IMG/VR virus record: IMGVR_UViG_3300032116_000001
Span: 310,001-374,000 of that record
Direction: 5' to 3' (one strand)
Length of the DNA: 64,000 nt
The position numbers and the translations under genes are program-made. Below are positions 16,791 to 27,372 of this stretch, in pieces. The notes under the pieces are model-generated. The model saw only the letters and a list, made by a program, of their open reading frames with translations. It searched no databases and was not told the origin of the DNA. How positions within the stretch are numbered: the first letter of the stretch is position 1; each line of letters opens with the position of its first letter.

Positions 16791-17180
16791 ATGTTATTTG
16801 TAGCGTTGATACCAATTGTTATTTCTGCAGTGTTATTTATTGTTGCCCTGTTTAAGATTTACCACCCGATTTATAAGAATATTGATCATGCCATTGGTTG
16901 CATTGTTTTTGGCGCGGCAATTGGATTTATGTCCATTTTGTTTCCCGCCCGTAGTCAATGGACAGAAGTCAAAAATTTCAATGTTGTTCGTGGGGAAAAA
17001 TTTGTAGTTGTTGAAATTGAAAATGAAAGAAAAATTTACACAAATTTAATGGTTGTGAATGGAATAGATGACGTTAAAACAATCTATGTTTTAAGAACGG
17101 TAAATATATGGAATTCAATGGCAGTAGAAAATTGGTATTTTGAAAAAGATGTCAATGCTTTGATCGAGGAGGCAGAATGA
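16791..17180 (+). CDS. membrane protein
   Basis: two N-terminal hydrophobic segments. Confidence 0.6.
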   Translation: MLFVALIPIVISAVLFIVALFKIYHPIYKNIDHAIGCIVFGAAIGFMSILFPARSQWTEVKNFNVVRGEKFVVVEIENERKIYTNLMVVNGIDDVKTIYVLRTVNIWNSMAVENWYFEKDVNALIEEAE

Positions 17181-18064
17181 AGCTTATTTCTAACGTTGAC
17201 CGCTCTGTTAATTTTGTTGAAGAGTCTTTACAGGGCTTTCTAGAAAGCCGATATGTTCGCAAGACAAGAGATTATTTCATTTGTTATCTATCATCGGCTT
17301 CTGCGTGCAACCTTGGTTGCCGTATGTGTCACCTCACGGCGACCAAGCAAACGAAAACAACATATACCCTTCCTGTAGATTATTTAAATCAGGCAAGCAA
17401 GGTTCTTAAACACTATCAGCAAGATGGAGAAAAAGCCGATTATATACACTATAATTTCATGGCTCGGGGAGAGGCCATGGCGAATCCTTACATGCTCAGT
17501 GAGGCTGATTCAATTTTGTATGATCTTGGCAAATTGGCAACATCATTTCAGCCCGATCTTGGAGTTAAATTTAACATATCCACGATCATGCCCAAATCAC
17601 TTGATCGTCCGTTAAAACAAGTTTTCCGCGTGGTGCATCCCACGATTTATTATTCACTTTATTCTGTTCGAGAAGATTTTCGCAAGAAATGGTTACCGCA
17701 AGCGATGCCAATCGACAAGGCTTTATCCATGTTGAAAGAATATCAAGACTTCTCTAAGAAAAAAATAAAAATTCATCATTGCTTCATTGCTGGTGAGAAT
17801 GATAGCGAGGCTGATGTAGAAAGTATGCTATACGCACTAGAGAGACATAATCTAGACGTTGAGTTTAATCTCGTGCGTTATAATCCATATTCTGAGGTTC
17901 AAGGAGCAGAATCGTCAGATGAAGTGATCACAAGAAATATACAGATGATTGATTCAGCTTTGCGAGGAAAAGTTCAAATAATTCCAAGAGTTGGCCCTGA
18001 TGTTCATGCGTCTTGTGGCACTTTTTATGAATCAGAAAAGAATGAAACTTTCCGTTCAGTATAA
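17177..18064 (+). CDS. RlmN/Cfr-like radical SAM enzyme
   Basis: SACNLGCRMCH (CxxxCxxC), FMARGE, C-terminal DVHASCG. Confidence 0.8.
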   Translation: MKLISNVDRSVNFVEESLQGFLESRYVRKTRDYFICYLSSASACNLGCRMCHLTATKQTKTTYTLPVDYLNQASKVLKHYQQDGEKADYIHYNFMARGEAMANPYMLSEADSILYDLGKLATSFQPDLGVKFNISTIMPKSLDRPLKQVFRVVHPTIYYSLYSVREDFRKKWLPQAMPIDKALSMLKEYQDFSKKKIKIHHCFIAGENDSEADVESMLYALERHNLDVEFNLVRYNPYSEVQGAESSDEVITRNIQMIDSALRGKVQIIPRVGPDVHASCGTFYESEKNETFRSV

Positions 18065-18079
18065 AATTCTTTGAAATAC

Positions 18080-19186
18080 TTAAACAGGAGTTAATTCATC
18101 CCATAATTTCCAATAAGGTCCAAATGGGATATATGGCTTAAAATCAAACATAAACTGGCGAAGTTCTCTCCAAAGCATCCAGAATTCATTGGCTTTTTCC
18201 GCAGACCATTTATTTTCGTAATCTAAGATATCATTAAGGGCCTGATTATATTCCTTGTTGAGTGGGTGCTTTGTGTCAAAAATATATTTATTTCCGTGTG
18301 CTTCGGCCTTCGCCTGCCACATTTGATTGAAATCATTACTTCTTGTCATTTGCATGATTGCTGATTCGCGTAAATCTTCCATCGCTGCATCTATTTCTGA
18401 TATTTTTTGTGCAAATGGCTCCACAGATGAACTTCCGCCAAGATAATCATCTCGTATCACTTTGAAAGTAGGTATGATTCTTTGCAAAAAGTAGCGTTGC
18501 ATTTCTTCAGCGGCAAATGCAATACCCTGAGAATGATCCAGCTGGTGACCGTGAAATTCTCTGAAATTTTCTCTCTTCTCATGAGGATTGATAACGGGGT
18601 CTTCTTGGGGAGGCGGTGGGTCCCAGGTTTTGACTTTGATTGCATGAATTCCATAAGGAGTCAGGTCTAATTCTTCCCCATTGGCAAAGGCTTTGCCCAT
18701 CGCCTCTAAGGCCTGATCTAATCTAACGTCTCTGTTAAGTTCATTCAAATCGTAATCATCTTGCTCCGAAGAAGATGCTTTCCGTTTACCAAAATTATTG
18801 TTTAAAACACTTAGGTCAACAATTTCCATAGTTGAGCCATCGGGGTCAGTTGTAATAATACCATCATAGCCATCTGCGATCAGAGCATTTGAAAGCTCTA
18901 AGCCAGTTTTATTATATCGGTCACGAAGTACTTGCTTCCAATTGTCTTTATCACTATACCCGCCTTGGCCCCAAGGAATGATTAAGGGATTGGTAAATTC
19001 AATTTCTCCGTGCTCCCAGCCCTCAACAGGAGAAGTGCCTTCCTCGATCTTTGTTACATATTTCCCATGTGGCTCAATATCTTGGCCATATGTATCTTTA
19101 AAATCAGGTGCGCTAATAGGATTCCGCTGGTACCTAATTTTGTAAGTATCTTTCTTTTGCTCTGACTGTGCCTTTTTATACCACAT
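18080..19186 (-). CDS. MWY-tagged protein, ART-like domain
   Basis: N-term MWYKKAQ; NPLII...GYDGII pattern seen in polyvalent-protein ADP-ribosyltransferase-like domains. Confidence 0.55.
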   Translation of the reverse strand: MWYKKAQSEQKKDTYKIRYQRNPISAPDFKDTYGQDIEPHGKYVTKIEEGTSPVEGWEHGEIEFTNPLIIPWGQGGYSDKDNWKQVLRDRYNKTGLELSNALIADGYDGIITTDPDGSTMEIVDLSVLNNNFGKRKASSSEQDDYDLNELNRDVRLDQALEAMGKAFANGEELDLTPYGIHAIKVKTWDPPPPQEDPVINPHEKRENFREFHGHQLDHSQGIAFAAEEMQRYFLQRIIPTFKVIRDDYLGGSSSVEPFAQKISEIDAAMEDLRESAIMQMTRSNDFNQMWQAKAEAHGNKYIFDTKHPLNKEYNQALNDILDYENKWSAEKANEFWMLWRELRQFMFDFKPYIPFGPYWKLWDELTPV

Positions 19187-19189
19187 GTG

Positions 19190-21757
19190 TTATCCTCCTT
19201 CGTATTTGTAATATGGATTTGCAGGTCTCCGACGAACACTGACTTCTTCAGAAGAATCTGGCCCTATGCTTTCTCTAAGCACCTTGCCAGTTTCTATGTC
19301 ATCAATAGAAACTGGCCCAATGTATTTTCGGGGATTGTGAGACTCAATGTAAAACTGCATTCTCTCAGCATCATCACCATAGGCATCATACAATCCTCTT
19401 GCTATTTCTTGAAGTGATGCTTTGTTCAGGTTATATGTTTCGACATGCTTGCCCTGCACCCGATGCCAACCAAAATTTTTAAGGGCGTATGTTCTGGGAT
19501 CGCGAAAACCATCCCAGTCTTTATCCATTTGTTCACGCGCTTCTTTGGGGTCTAATTTAGGGTTTTGTTTGAGTTTTTTCCAAAGCAAGTATTCATACAG
19601 GTCTGCATCTTCATGGGCGTTTTCAATCGCATCTCCATTTCCATTGTGAATACTTGTTAAATGCTGATTATAATCATCTAAGTCCCTAATATTATTTCTG
19701 AAAATATCATACGCATGCTCCCTTGTTATTGGCCACTCAGAATGATTTTCTATGTCAAAGCCAAGTCTATTGAGCATTTCCTCTTCGGCCAACATTTCAT
19801 GATTAATATCGCCAACATCACCGTCTGCATAAACAGCCTCGCCGTCTTTTAGCCACCATTCGTTAGCTGTGCGTTGCATTGACGTCACTCTTGTCATCAA
19901 CTGATCTGCCATGCGATACATACCCTTCTTATCACATGCGCTTGATAAAATCAACATTGATTGAATCTGATTGTAAAGGCTCCTCGGGATTTTATTTGCT
20001 TGGCGCAATTGTTTTCTTTTCGAATATTTCCATGTGCCATCGAATTTTTGATCAAACTTTGGATCATTCATATCCTGATCGCTTAAATCGTCAACGTGCG
20101 TAAATAATTTGGGGTAATCAGCAGAATTGATTTTCTTTATTTCAAGCAGTATTGGCAGTTGTTGGTATCCAGTTAATTCTTCAAACAAAGACATATATTC
20201 GTCATCTATAGACTCGCCCAACTGTGATTGGATTTCCATATCCAAGCCGTATGGAAGTGTACTGGTGATATATTGTTGATGTTCGGGGTTTGAATAAAGC
20301 TCAGCGGTGTTAATTCGATATTCTTTTTTATATTCATCAATACTTTTAATCGAATTATCATAAAGTGTTTTTACATTTGAAGTGTTCATCCACCAATATA
20401 TCCCACGTTCTTTATTGCTCTTGCTTTCCCAATCAGCAAAGTTTAATGCAAAGGGTTTGTGAATTTCATCTGGGTTTGCTATCATAGCAGACATATTTGC
20501 AATGTCAGATTTCATAGCAACTTCGATCATGGTTTTTGCAACGACATCCATGTTATTTGTGTACTTTATGTTTGTTGGCACTTGCTTTCGGGTTGTGGGG
20601 TCCCATTGCACATCAGTCAAGGCCTCGGAAACATTTTCGTATATTGTCTCAATGTCATTGTGTCTTATGTCTTTTTCAACTTGTTTATAAGGGATTCCAT
20701 AATCATCATCTACAACATCCTCGTCGTAATGAGCCCCGTAAGCGCTATCATATATTCCTGCCACAATAGATTCAATTTCCTTGCTACTACCCCAATCAAT
20801 TTCTTCTTCAAAGGGGCTTTGGCTCGACCATTCTGCGTCACCTAGATCACCGAACCACTCAGAAATTCGCTCCCGATCTTTTGAATCAGGGGTTTTATTA
20901 CCAAATCCCTTAATCTGTAGGATTGTATTGGTTTTTCCGTCCATTTCTATTGTTACGTGCGGCTTGTTGTCTGGGCTTCTGAGTGAAAATATTCTAATAT
21001 CTCCTCTTTCTACTTGATAACAATAAGAACCAACGCAGTGAGACATTTGATTGCCCTCTACAGCTAGGTCATTCTTATTTGTCACCATGGTCATAAACCA
21101 TCCGTCTTCCCATTGATACACTACACGCTCGTCAATAATTTCTCCATTTTCGTCTCTTTTTAATGGCGTGTAAATTTTACCTTCACCTTTACCAGCTATC
21201 ATCTGATGCCAATCGTTTGATTTCTCAAGTGCTTGAGAGAGGTTATAGCTCGTGATGTCTAGCCGTGGTGTTTCAATTTTTTGATTACGATACCAGTCGT
21301 ATATTTCCCCAAAAAGATTGTTGAAATTTTCATACACACCTTGACTATTCAAATTAGTAAACAATCTGTAAACGTATCCGCCATTTTCATCGGGCTCTAA
21401 TCTTAACTTTCTTAATTGAGTTAAGGCCCATTTTTGAAACAAATCATCGTATCTAGCCACGAGTTGTAATTCCATCGGAGTCCACGATGTTGCTTTGGAC
21501 TGGGGTACAAAAACAGATTGTTCAAGTGTATTCCAATCGAGGCTTGGGTCTTGGTTCAATCTGTTGACATAAATGGGCAGCTTGTCTTGTGGTAAATGCT
21601 TTAAATTTTCAATCACATCTGCTTTTGTTCCGCGAGCTTGCAAGTTGTCAATTAATTCTTGCAGACCAGCCACAATAACACGACCAAGCCTCATAGGCTT
21701 TGCGTCAGATGTTTTGTTTGCGCCAAGGACGCGAGAAAATTTAAAACTATGCTTCAT
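19190..21757 (-). CDS. PcfJ-like domain multi-module protein
   Basis: DLAVEGNQMSHCVGSYC...IFSLRSPDNKPHVTIEM...ILQIKG. Confidence 0.75.
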   Translation of the reverse strand: MKHSFKFSRVLGANKTSDAKPMRLGRVIVAGLQELIDNLQARGTKADVIENLKHLPQDKLPIYVNRLNQDPSLDWNTLEQSVFVPQSKATSWTPMELQLVARYDDLFQKWALTQLRKLRLEPDENGGYVYRLFTNLNSQGVYENFNNLFGEIYDWYRNQKIETPRLDITSYNLSQALEKSNDWHQMIAGKGEGKIYTPLKRDENGEIIDERVVYQWEDGWFMTMVTNKNDLAVEGNQMSHCVGSYCYQVERGDIRIFSLRSPDNKPHVTIEMDGKTNTILQIKGFGNKTPDSKDRERISEWFGDLGDAEWSSQSPFEEEIDWGSSKEIESIVAGIYDSAYGAHYDEDVVDDDYGIPYKQVEKDIRHNDIETIYENVSEALTDVQWDPTTRKQVPTNIKYTNNMDVVAKTMIEVAMKSDIANMSAMIANPDEIHKPFALNFADWESKSNKERGIYWWMNTSNVKTLYDNSIKSIDEYKKEYRINTAELYSNPEHQQYITSTLPYGLDMEIQSQLGESIDDEYMSLFEELTGYQQLPILLEIKKINSADYPKLFTHVDDLSDQDMNDPKFDQKFDGTWKYSKRKQLRQANKIPRSLYNQIQSMLILSSACDKKGMYRMADQLMTRVTSMQRTANEWWLKDGEAVYADGDVGDINHEMLAEEEMLNRLGFDIENHSEWPITREHAYDIFRNNIRDLDDYNQHLTSIHNGNGDAIENAHEDADLYEYLLWKKLKQNPKLDPKEAREQMDKDWDGFRDPRTYALKNFGWHRVQGKHVETYNLNKASLQEIARGLYDAYGDDAERMQFYIESHNPRKYIGPVSIDDIETGKVLRESIGPDSSEEVSVRRRPANPYYKYEGG

Positions 21758-22731
21758 GAGATATTCGATTTGCCCCCAGCTTTATCTGTGTATGTTGTGG
21801 TTTTTGGCTTCTTTCCATCGCCAGGCTCACGTTCCTTTCGCGATTTTTGCTTCATGCGCTCTTTGCGCTCCTTGTCAGACAGGCTTTTGGCTTTATTAGC
21901 GGGTGTGCAAACGGGCTTTTTGCCTTTGCTACTATCACTTCTGCCGCATTCTTCGTAGCCACCATCTTTTTTTGGTCGCCGTACATCCACCCACTTTTCG
22001 TTCTTAAACCAATCGTCTAAACCACCGTGGTTTTTGGCATATTTGTTGGTTATTAAATCTATAGCATCCGCAAGGTGGTGTTTGCCATAGCAATCGGCTG
22101 CCTGCGCAGTTTTTGCTAATTCATCTGACACGAAAGTGACATCATCGTTGTCGTCGTCATCGCCGTACCATTCCGTGCGTCGTTTTGCAGCCTTGTCAAA
22201 AGCGCCAAGACAATCACTTAAATATTCAGCTAATATAAAATCAGGCGTATCACTGTTGTTTTCTAGAGAAAATGAATTAATTAGGCTTTCAAGTTCTTTT
22301 CGGAAGGATTTATGATCGTTAGCTTCTTTAATGTCGTCGTCTGATTCCTGATCCCACTCTGATTGTGGTACTAAATTGATAATTTGAAATCCGACATCTG
22401 GCAATTCAAATGCAATGTGATTAGCGTCAATAGCTGCAGGAGCGTTCATTGCTTCATCAGGCATAGAATCAATAAATTCACCGATAGTGATCCATTCTTT
22501 TGAATCCCAATTTCCTTTCGGGTCTACGCGATAAAGATTTGAGTCATAATTGTTTAAAGCGTCTTCCAAGGTCATTTCGGACTCTATGACATCTTTGTGT
22601 TCCAAAAGTGATTTATTTTCTTTGGCAACACGAATAAACACATCATGAAGAGATGATGCTTCATGATGTAAACCAAGCCCTTCAATCAAAGACGCAGTTT
22701 GATGAATTTTTGCAAGCAAATTTTGATTCAT
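21754..22731 (-). CDS. modular phage hypothetical protein
   Basis: C-terminal WFKNEKWVDVRRPKKDGGYEECGRS...KPVCTP module recognised from phages; two copies of the helical tag. Confidence 0.7.
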   Translation of the reverse strand: MNQNLLAKIHQTASLIEGLGLHHEASSLHDVFIRVAKENKSLLEHKDVIESEMTLEDALNNYDSNLYRVDPKGNWDSKEWITIGEFIDSMPDEAMNAPAAIDANHIAFELPDVGFQIINLVPQSEWDQESDDDIKEANDHKSFRKELESLINSFSLENNSDTPDFILAEYLSDCLGAFDKAAKRRTEWYGDDDDNDDVTFVSDELAKTAQAADCYGKHHLADAIDLITNKYAKNHGGLDDWFKNEKWVDVRRPKKDGGYEECGRSDSSKGKKPVCTPANKAKSLSDKERKERMKQKSRKEREPGDGKKPKTTTYTDKAGGKSNIS

Positions 22732-22732
22732 T

Positions 22733-23299
22733 TTATTTACCCGTCATGTCCCCGACTGTTTTGCCTGCTTCCCACATTCGGCAAGACCAATATCTTGCCT
22801 TTGTCTTTGGGCCAGGATTATCACAATTATGTCGGGCGCGGAAGTTCTTTCGGCGCTCAGGATTGTCTCTTTTAATATCAGTCGTTGGATCGCCGAAATT
22901 AACTTTTTTAACCTTATCACCATCTTTGACATAGACAGAGAATTTTTTAGGCCCATCTGGGGTGCGAAAAGGCTTGTTTAGTGGTTTGTTGGACTTTGCC
23001 TGAGCTTCTCTTTGTGGAGATTTTTCCAATTTGATAATTTTATCAAAATAACCAATGTCAATAAGCCGAGGGTCATCAATGTATTTTTCCACCGCATCAT
23101 TAAACTCGGCTCTTGCTTCATAGTGTAGTGTTTCCACGTTTTCTTCAAAATCAAGCTCTTCTAACTCTTTTGAAGATGACCTTTGATTAGTTGTGTTGAC
23201 ATTTGCTATCCGACTCAAAACATCAGTAAGGATATCAGCTTCTTCGTGCAGGCCTAGTTTGTCCAATTCGTGTGCCACTTGAGCAATCTTTTTCAGCAT
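22733..23299 (-). CDS. modular phage hypothetical protein
   Basis: LNKPFRTPDGPKKFSVYVKD...FRARHNCD...ARYWSC module known from T4-like phages; start at MLKKIAQ. Confidence 0.75.
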   Translation of the reverse strand: MLKKIAQVAHELDKLGLHEEADILTDVLSRIANVNTTNQRSSSKELEELDFEENVETLHYEARAEFNDAVEKYIDDPRLIDIGYFDKIIKLEKSPQREAQAKSNKPLNKPFRTPDGPKKFSVYVKDGDKVKKVNFGDPTTDIKRDNPERRKNFRARHNCDNPGPKTKARYWSCRMWEAGKTVGDMTGK

Positions 23300-23300
23300 A

Positions 23301-23867
23301 TTAGTCCTCTTTTTTCCACTTACCGCCCTTAGCCTTGTATCGCTTACTTGCAGCCCCGAGTGCATAAGCTGATGGCCAGACGTCGTATTTGTCCTTGGCC
23401 CAATTTTTGCAGCTTTCCCAAAGCTCAGGATTAGTGGGGATATTTTCTTTTTCTTTAGTCTTGGCAACTCGAATAAAAACTTCATGCATTTGTGATGCTT
23501 CAGCTGTCATACCCCGATCCTCAAGCTCTTCAGTGATTTGAGAAATCTTTGTAAGGACGCTGGCCACAGCACTAGTTGTAATGTTTTCTTCATCTTCTTC
23601 GTCGTCGCTCTGCAGGTTGTCTTCAAGTTCAAAATAACGTCTTAAAATTAACAATTCTTTTCTTAACTGATCTATTTCTTCGGGATCGTAGATTCCGCGA
23701 TCAAGCCCCTGTAAACACTGATCGACTTCCATCATTCCTTCCCAGGGATAATGTGCCACACCTGTTGACGCAAAAGAGTACAATGCAGAACCTTGACCGC
23801 CATGCCAATCACTTGCAATGCGGCGAAGTTCCCCGATGCTATATCCACTAATATCAATTTCACCCAT
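23301..23867 (-). CDS. modular phage hypothetical protein
   Basis: WHGGQGSALYSFASTG module, helical tag, PTNPELW...VWPSAYA...YKAKGGKW module. Confidence 0.7.
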   Translation of the reverse strand: MGEIDISGYSIGELRRIASDWHGGQGSALYSFASTGVAHYPWEGMMEVDQCLQGLDRGIYDPEEIDQLRKELLILRRYFELEDNLQSDDEEDEENITTSAVASVLTKISQITEELEDRGMTAEASQMHEVFIRVAKTKEKENIPTNPELWESCKNWAKDKYDVWPSAYALGAASKRYKAKGGKWKKED

Positions 23868-24075
23868 GATAATTCTTTTTTACACTCTTTGAATCTCTTT
23901 CCCTGTTTTGTCGATGCTCATTGTAGGTTCAATTTCATTTAAAAAAAACTTTTTTTGAAAAAAGACAAAAAAGCTGCAACATTTTCTTTGGCCAATCGTT
24001 ATAAGTAGTGTAAGACGAATTGAAAAGAGCCAAAACGATCTGAAAAGCAAATTGAAAATTTTATAGAGGTTTGAG

Positions 24076-25032
24076 AAAAGCTGCGACGGCACGGAAAGAC
24101 GTGCGAGAGCAGATGGTAGAAATGAGCTAGGTTTGCATCTCCCCGATAGAGGAAACTCATTTCATCTGGTAACCAATCCAGATCGTAGCTTTTCTCGGCG
24201 GCATGGCGTCGATAGATATCGCACTGCAAAGTGCAGAAAGAGATCAGGCCACTTCACGGTCTCTCGCCTTTCTTAAGAAAGGTCAACCATGCAAGCCCAG
24301 CACCTGTGAGCTTCAGGCCCAAAACCTGGAGATATGGTGGAAGATGGAGGGAGAAGAGTCAGCGTTATCGAGGCAACCGTGTAGATAACAGTTTGATCGC
24401 CGTTGCAAGCGGCAATGCCCACGCAAGCCATCGACATCTAAGGAGCGAAGGGTAGTTATATTTGTCCGAGGTTTAAGCAGCCAAGGGCTATATAGCACGA
24501 TGAAAGGCGAGGCGGAGAAGATGGACTTCAATGCCGTATTAGTCTTGAAATCGCGTTGAGTAACCTAGCAGGGTGAAAGACATGAGGCGTGTCATATTTT
24601 GTATTGTAAAGCAATATGAAGTGGCTGGACGCGCACGTCTCGCGTGAAGTTGCAAACATAGCTGAATGGTACAGCACTGTTATCTGAACAGTAGATTATT
24701 GGTTCAAGTCCAATTGTTTATTAAAAATGCAAAAGTCGCGTCCTGTGTTAATTGAAAGCAGCGTATTTCCTGAGTGTGGGACAGTCAGGAGCATCGAAGA
24801 TGGCAAGTCTAAGATGTATCGTAGGATTCAAGACGTAGTATCTTAGCGGATATTCACGGCAGTAAAATGTCGGCGGCAAGAAGATCACGTAGAAGATTAA
24901 CATTAAACTGGAAAAGCCACCAGTATAAAAAGGCCGCTGTGTGAAGGTACTGCTGGCAACAGTAGTGGACAATTAGGCAAAGCACATCGCAAGTGTGCTG
25001 TACTCCTAAAAAGCCGTCACAAATCAGTTTTT
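24076..25032 (+). ncRNA. large ornate ncRNA, GOLLD-like
   Basis: ~960 nt without a credible ORF; 5'/3' helices AAAAGCTG/CAGTTTTT and GACGGC/GCCGTC; many GNRA-capped stems; promoter motif at 23975-24000. Confidence 0.7.
24652..24722 (+). ncRNA. tRNA-like domain embedded in the large ncRNA
   Basis: GCT-GAATGGTAC-AGC, ACTGT-TATCTGA-ACAGT, ATTGG-TTCAAGT-CCAAT; no U33, no CCA. Confidence 0.7.
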
Positions 25033-25310
25033 AGTCTACAAATTGAAACTCCCACATTAAATTTTAATGACTAACATTTTGTTAGTTGAATCCTAAATGA
25101 GTCCCAATCCAACAGGGGTTCTTGGTCAGATTTAAGTTCTGCTGGGAGACTCATACGATGTAATCCTCGGAACCGATGCTCTGGGACATTGAATGAAAGT
25201 TCAATAGTCATATGATCGCCGAGGCGAGAAGAAAAGAAGTTTTGGCTTTCTTCTTTAAAAAAGCCAATTAGATTTGCGCTCGAATCAACCAAGGACGCTT
25301 GGGAATATCG

Positions 25311-26432
25311 TCAACTACCACACGCACAAGGCGTGTGGCTTGCTACAAGCTCAGCCTTCGGCTGAGCGAACAATAGGGAGGTTGACTGCTCCCCTAAAGA
25401 ACCTATATTCTTACTGGCATTAAAGTCTGCATTCTCCGTGTGTCCGCAGGACATGCAGAGAAACACAGTTTGACTTTTTCTATTGGCTTTTTCACAATAT
25501 CCGCACTCACTACACGTCGCAGACGTGTAGTGAGCAGGAACAATAGCTAAAGGAACTCCATAGAGTTCAGCTTTGTAAGTAATGTAGCTTCTGAGTTGGG
25601 CGAATGCCCAACTCATTCTTTGACTTCTATTCACTCGCCTGACCGTTACTCTTTTGTTGATATGCGTTAGCTCTTCGAGAGCCAACGCATATCCGAGTGC
25701 CTTTGCTTTTGTTACTAAAAGTTTTGAAATGACGTGATTTGTGTCTTTTCTAAATCTGGATTCTTTTTGTCCACATTTCTTGATTCTTCTTTTTGCAGAG
25801 CGTGTTCCACGCTTCTGCAATCTTTGTCGATGAGAGTGATATTGTTTTCTTTTCTTCTCGATGTGTTCTCCCGAGAACACATCTCCTAAAGAACTTACAG
25901 CGATTTGTTTCACTCCTAAGTCTATTCCTATAACGTCTTTGGCGTTATAGGCTGATTCTGTTGGAATTTCTAAAGTACAAAGAAGATAGAACTTGCCATT
26001 TTGATAAACTAAATCAACTTGCCCCTTTCTATATTTGAAGCGTTCTTTGTCGTATATTTGGATTGGGATATTGATTCTTCCATCATTAGTCCAGATATTA
26101 ACTAAATCAGTTCCTTTAAAAGTGATTACTCTGTCGTCGTAGACGACAGCAGAAGTCTTTTTGAAGTAATTTGGATTTTTGCTTCTTTTCTTTTTATATG
26201 TAGCGGTAACCACATCAATAGCCCTTATTATTAATTGAGAAGAGAAGCTTGGATGCGTTTCACGCATCCCATGATATGCATTTCTTTGCAATTGAACTTT
26301 ATTATAAGTTTCTGTTGAATGAGCTATTGTTGAAAGCTCATTACAAACATCATTGAAAGTATTCATAGTGCGCAGAAGCGCACTATGATGAATCTCATTT
26401 GTATTGAGTTTCACTTTCAGAGTGATATTCAC
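25311..26432 (-). CDS. tnpB: IS200/IS605-family TnpB with Zn finger
   Basis: GIDLGVKQIA, LALEEL, YTSATCSECG...CMSCGHTENADFNASKNI; 3' hairpin CTCAGCC-GAA-GGCTGAG and GTAGTTGAC end. Confidence 0.92.
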   Translation of the reverse strand: MNITLKVKLNTNEIHHSALLRTMNTFNDVCNELSTIAHSTETYNKVQLQRNAYHGMRETHPSFSSQLIIRAIDVVTATYKKKRSKNPNYFKKTSAVVYDDRVITFKGTDLVNIWTNDGRINIPIQIYDKERFKYRKGQVDLVYQNGKFYLLCTLEIPTESAYNAKDVIGIDLGVKQIAVSSLGDVFSGEHIEKKRKQYHSHRQRLQKRGTRSAKRRIKKCGQKESRFRKDTNHVISKLLVTKAKALGYALALEELTHINKRVTVRRVNRSQRMSWAFAQLRSYITYKAELYGVPLAIVPAHYTSATCSECGYCEKANRKSQTVFLCMSCGHTENADFNASKNIGSLGEQSTSLLFAQPKAELVASHTPCACGS

Positions 26433-26586
26433 ATTATGTGTTTATGTGTAATGCGTTCTAACACCTTCGTGATTTTCAATTATTTTTACATATTATCGTA
26501 AATTCGATTCCTCCTATAAAATTGTCGTCTTGGCGCAGACGTTAAACGCGCCTTTTCTGTTTTAAAAATTGTACAAGGAAAGTGTA

Positions 26587-27372
26587 ATGAGATTAAAAAC
26601 GAAACAAGAAATTTCAAAGATGTTTATCACTGGGGCCATTTTAGCCGATGCCCTTAAAATCATGAAAGAGTCAGTGGTGCCAGGTATCACAACCTTGGAA
26701 ATTGATTCTATAGGAGAATCGTATGTTAAGAGTTGTGGTGCAGTGGCCGCATTAAAGGGATTTAAGCCCCGATTTTCCGATCATGTTTACCAGCATGCAA
26801 CTTGTATTTCAGTTAATAATCAAATTATTCACGCCCCGCCCTCCGACTATACGATAAAAAAGGGGGATATTGTAACCTTGGACATGGCTATATCTAAAGC
26901 TTATTGGTATGCCGATGCGGCTATCACTATCGTAGTAGAAGACAATGACAGTGATGAATACAAAGAGTCAAAAATACTATCTGAATATACACACTTGGCA
27001 CTTTTGTCAACGATTGAAAAAATTATGTCAGGAGACATAAAAAAAACAAGCGACATTGGAAAGCATATTCAGAAAATGGCCGATAAAAAAAACTTCGGCG
27101 TGGTATCTGCGGCTTGCGGTCACTCGATAGGTCAAGAATTACATGAGCTAGGAATACAGATTCTTAATTCTTATGAAGAAGGAGATTCGGGGGTAAATAT
27201 TGTGCCAGGAATGACATTCTGTATAGAACCTATTTTTACAATGGGATCGGGTGATATTACGAAAGACAAGCTTGATCCTTGGACGATATATACTTCTGAT
27301 GGCTCTCATTCGGCTCACTGGGAACACACCGTGGCAATTACAGAAAATGGCCCCTTAATATTGACATTATGA
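26587..27372 (+). CDS. map: type I methionine aminopeptidase
   Basis: CISVN...IHAPP, LD...YADAAIT, GHSIG...HE, IEP, SAHWEHT. Confidence 0.92.
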   Translation: MRLKTKQEISKMFITGAILADALKIMKESVVPGITTLEIDSIGESYVKSCGAVAALKGFKPRFSDHVYQHATCISVNNQIIHAPPSDYTIKKGDIVTLDMAISKAYWYADAAITIVVEDNDSDEYKESKILSEYTHLALLSTIEKIMSGDIKKTSDIGKHIQKMADKKNFGVVSAACGHSIGQELHELGIQILNSYEEGDSGVNIVPGMTFCIEPIFTMGSGDITKDKLDPWTIYTSDGSHSAHWEHTVAITENGPLILTL

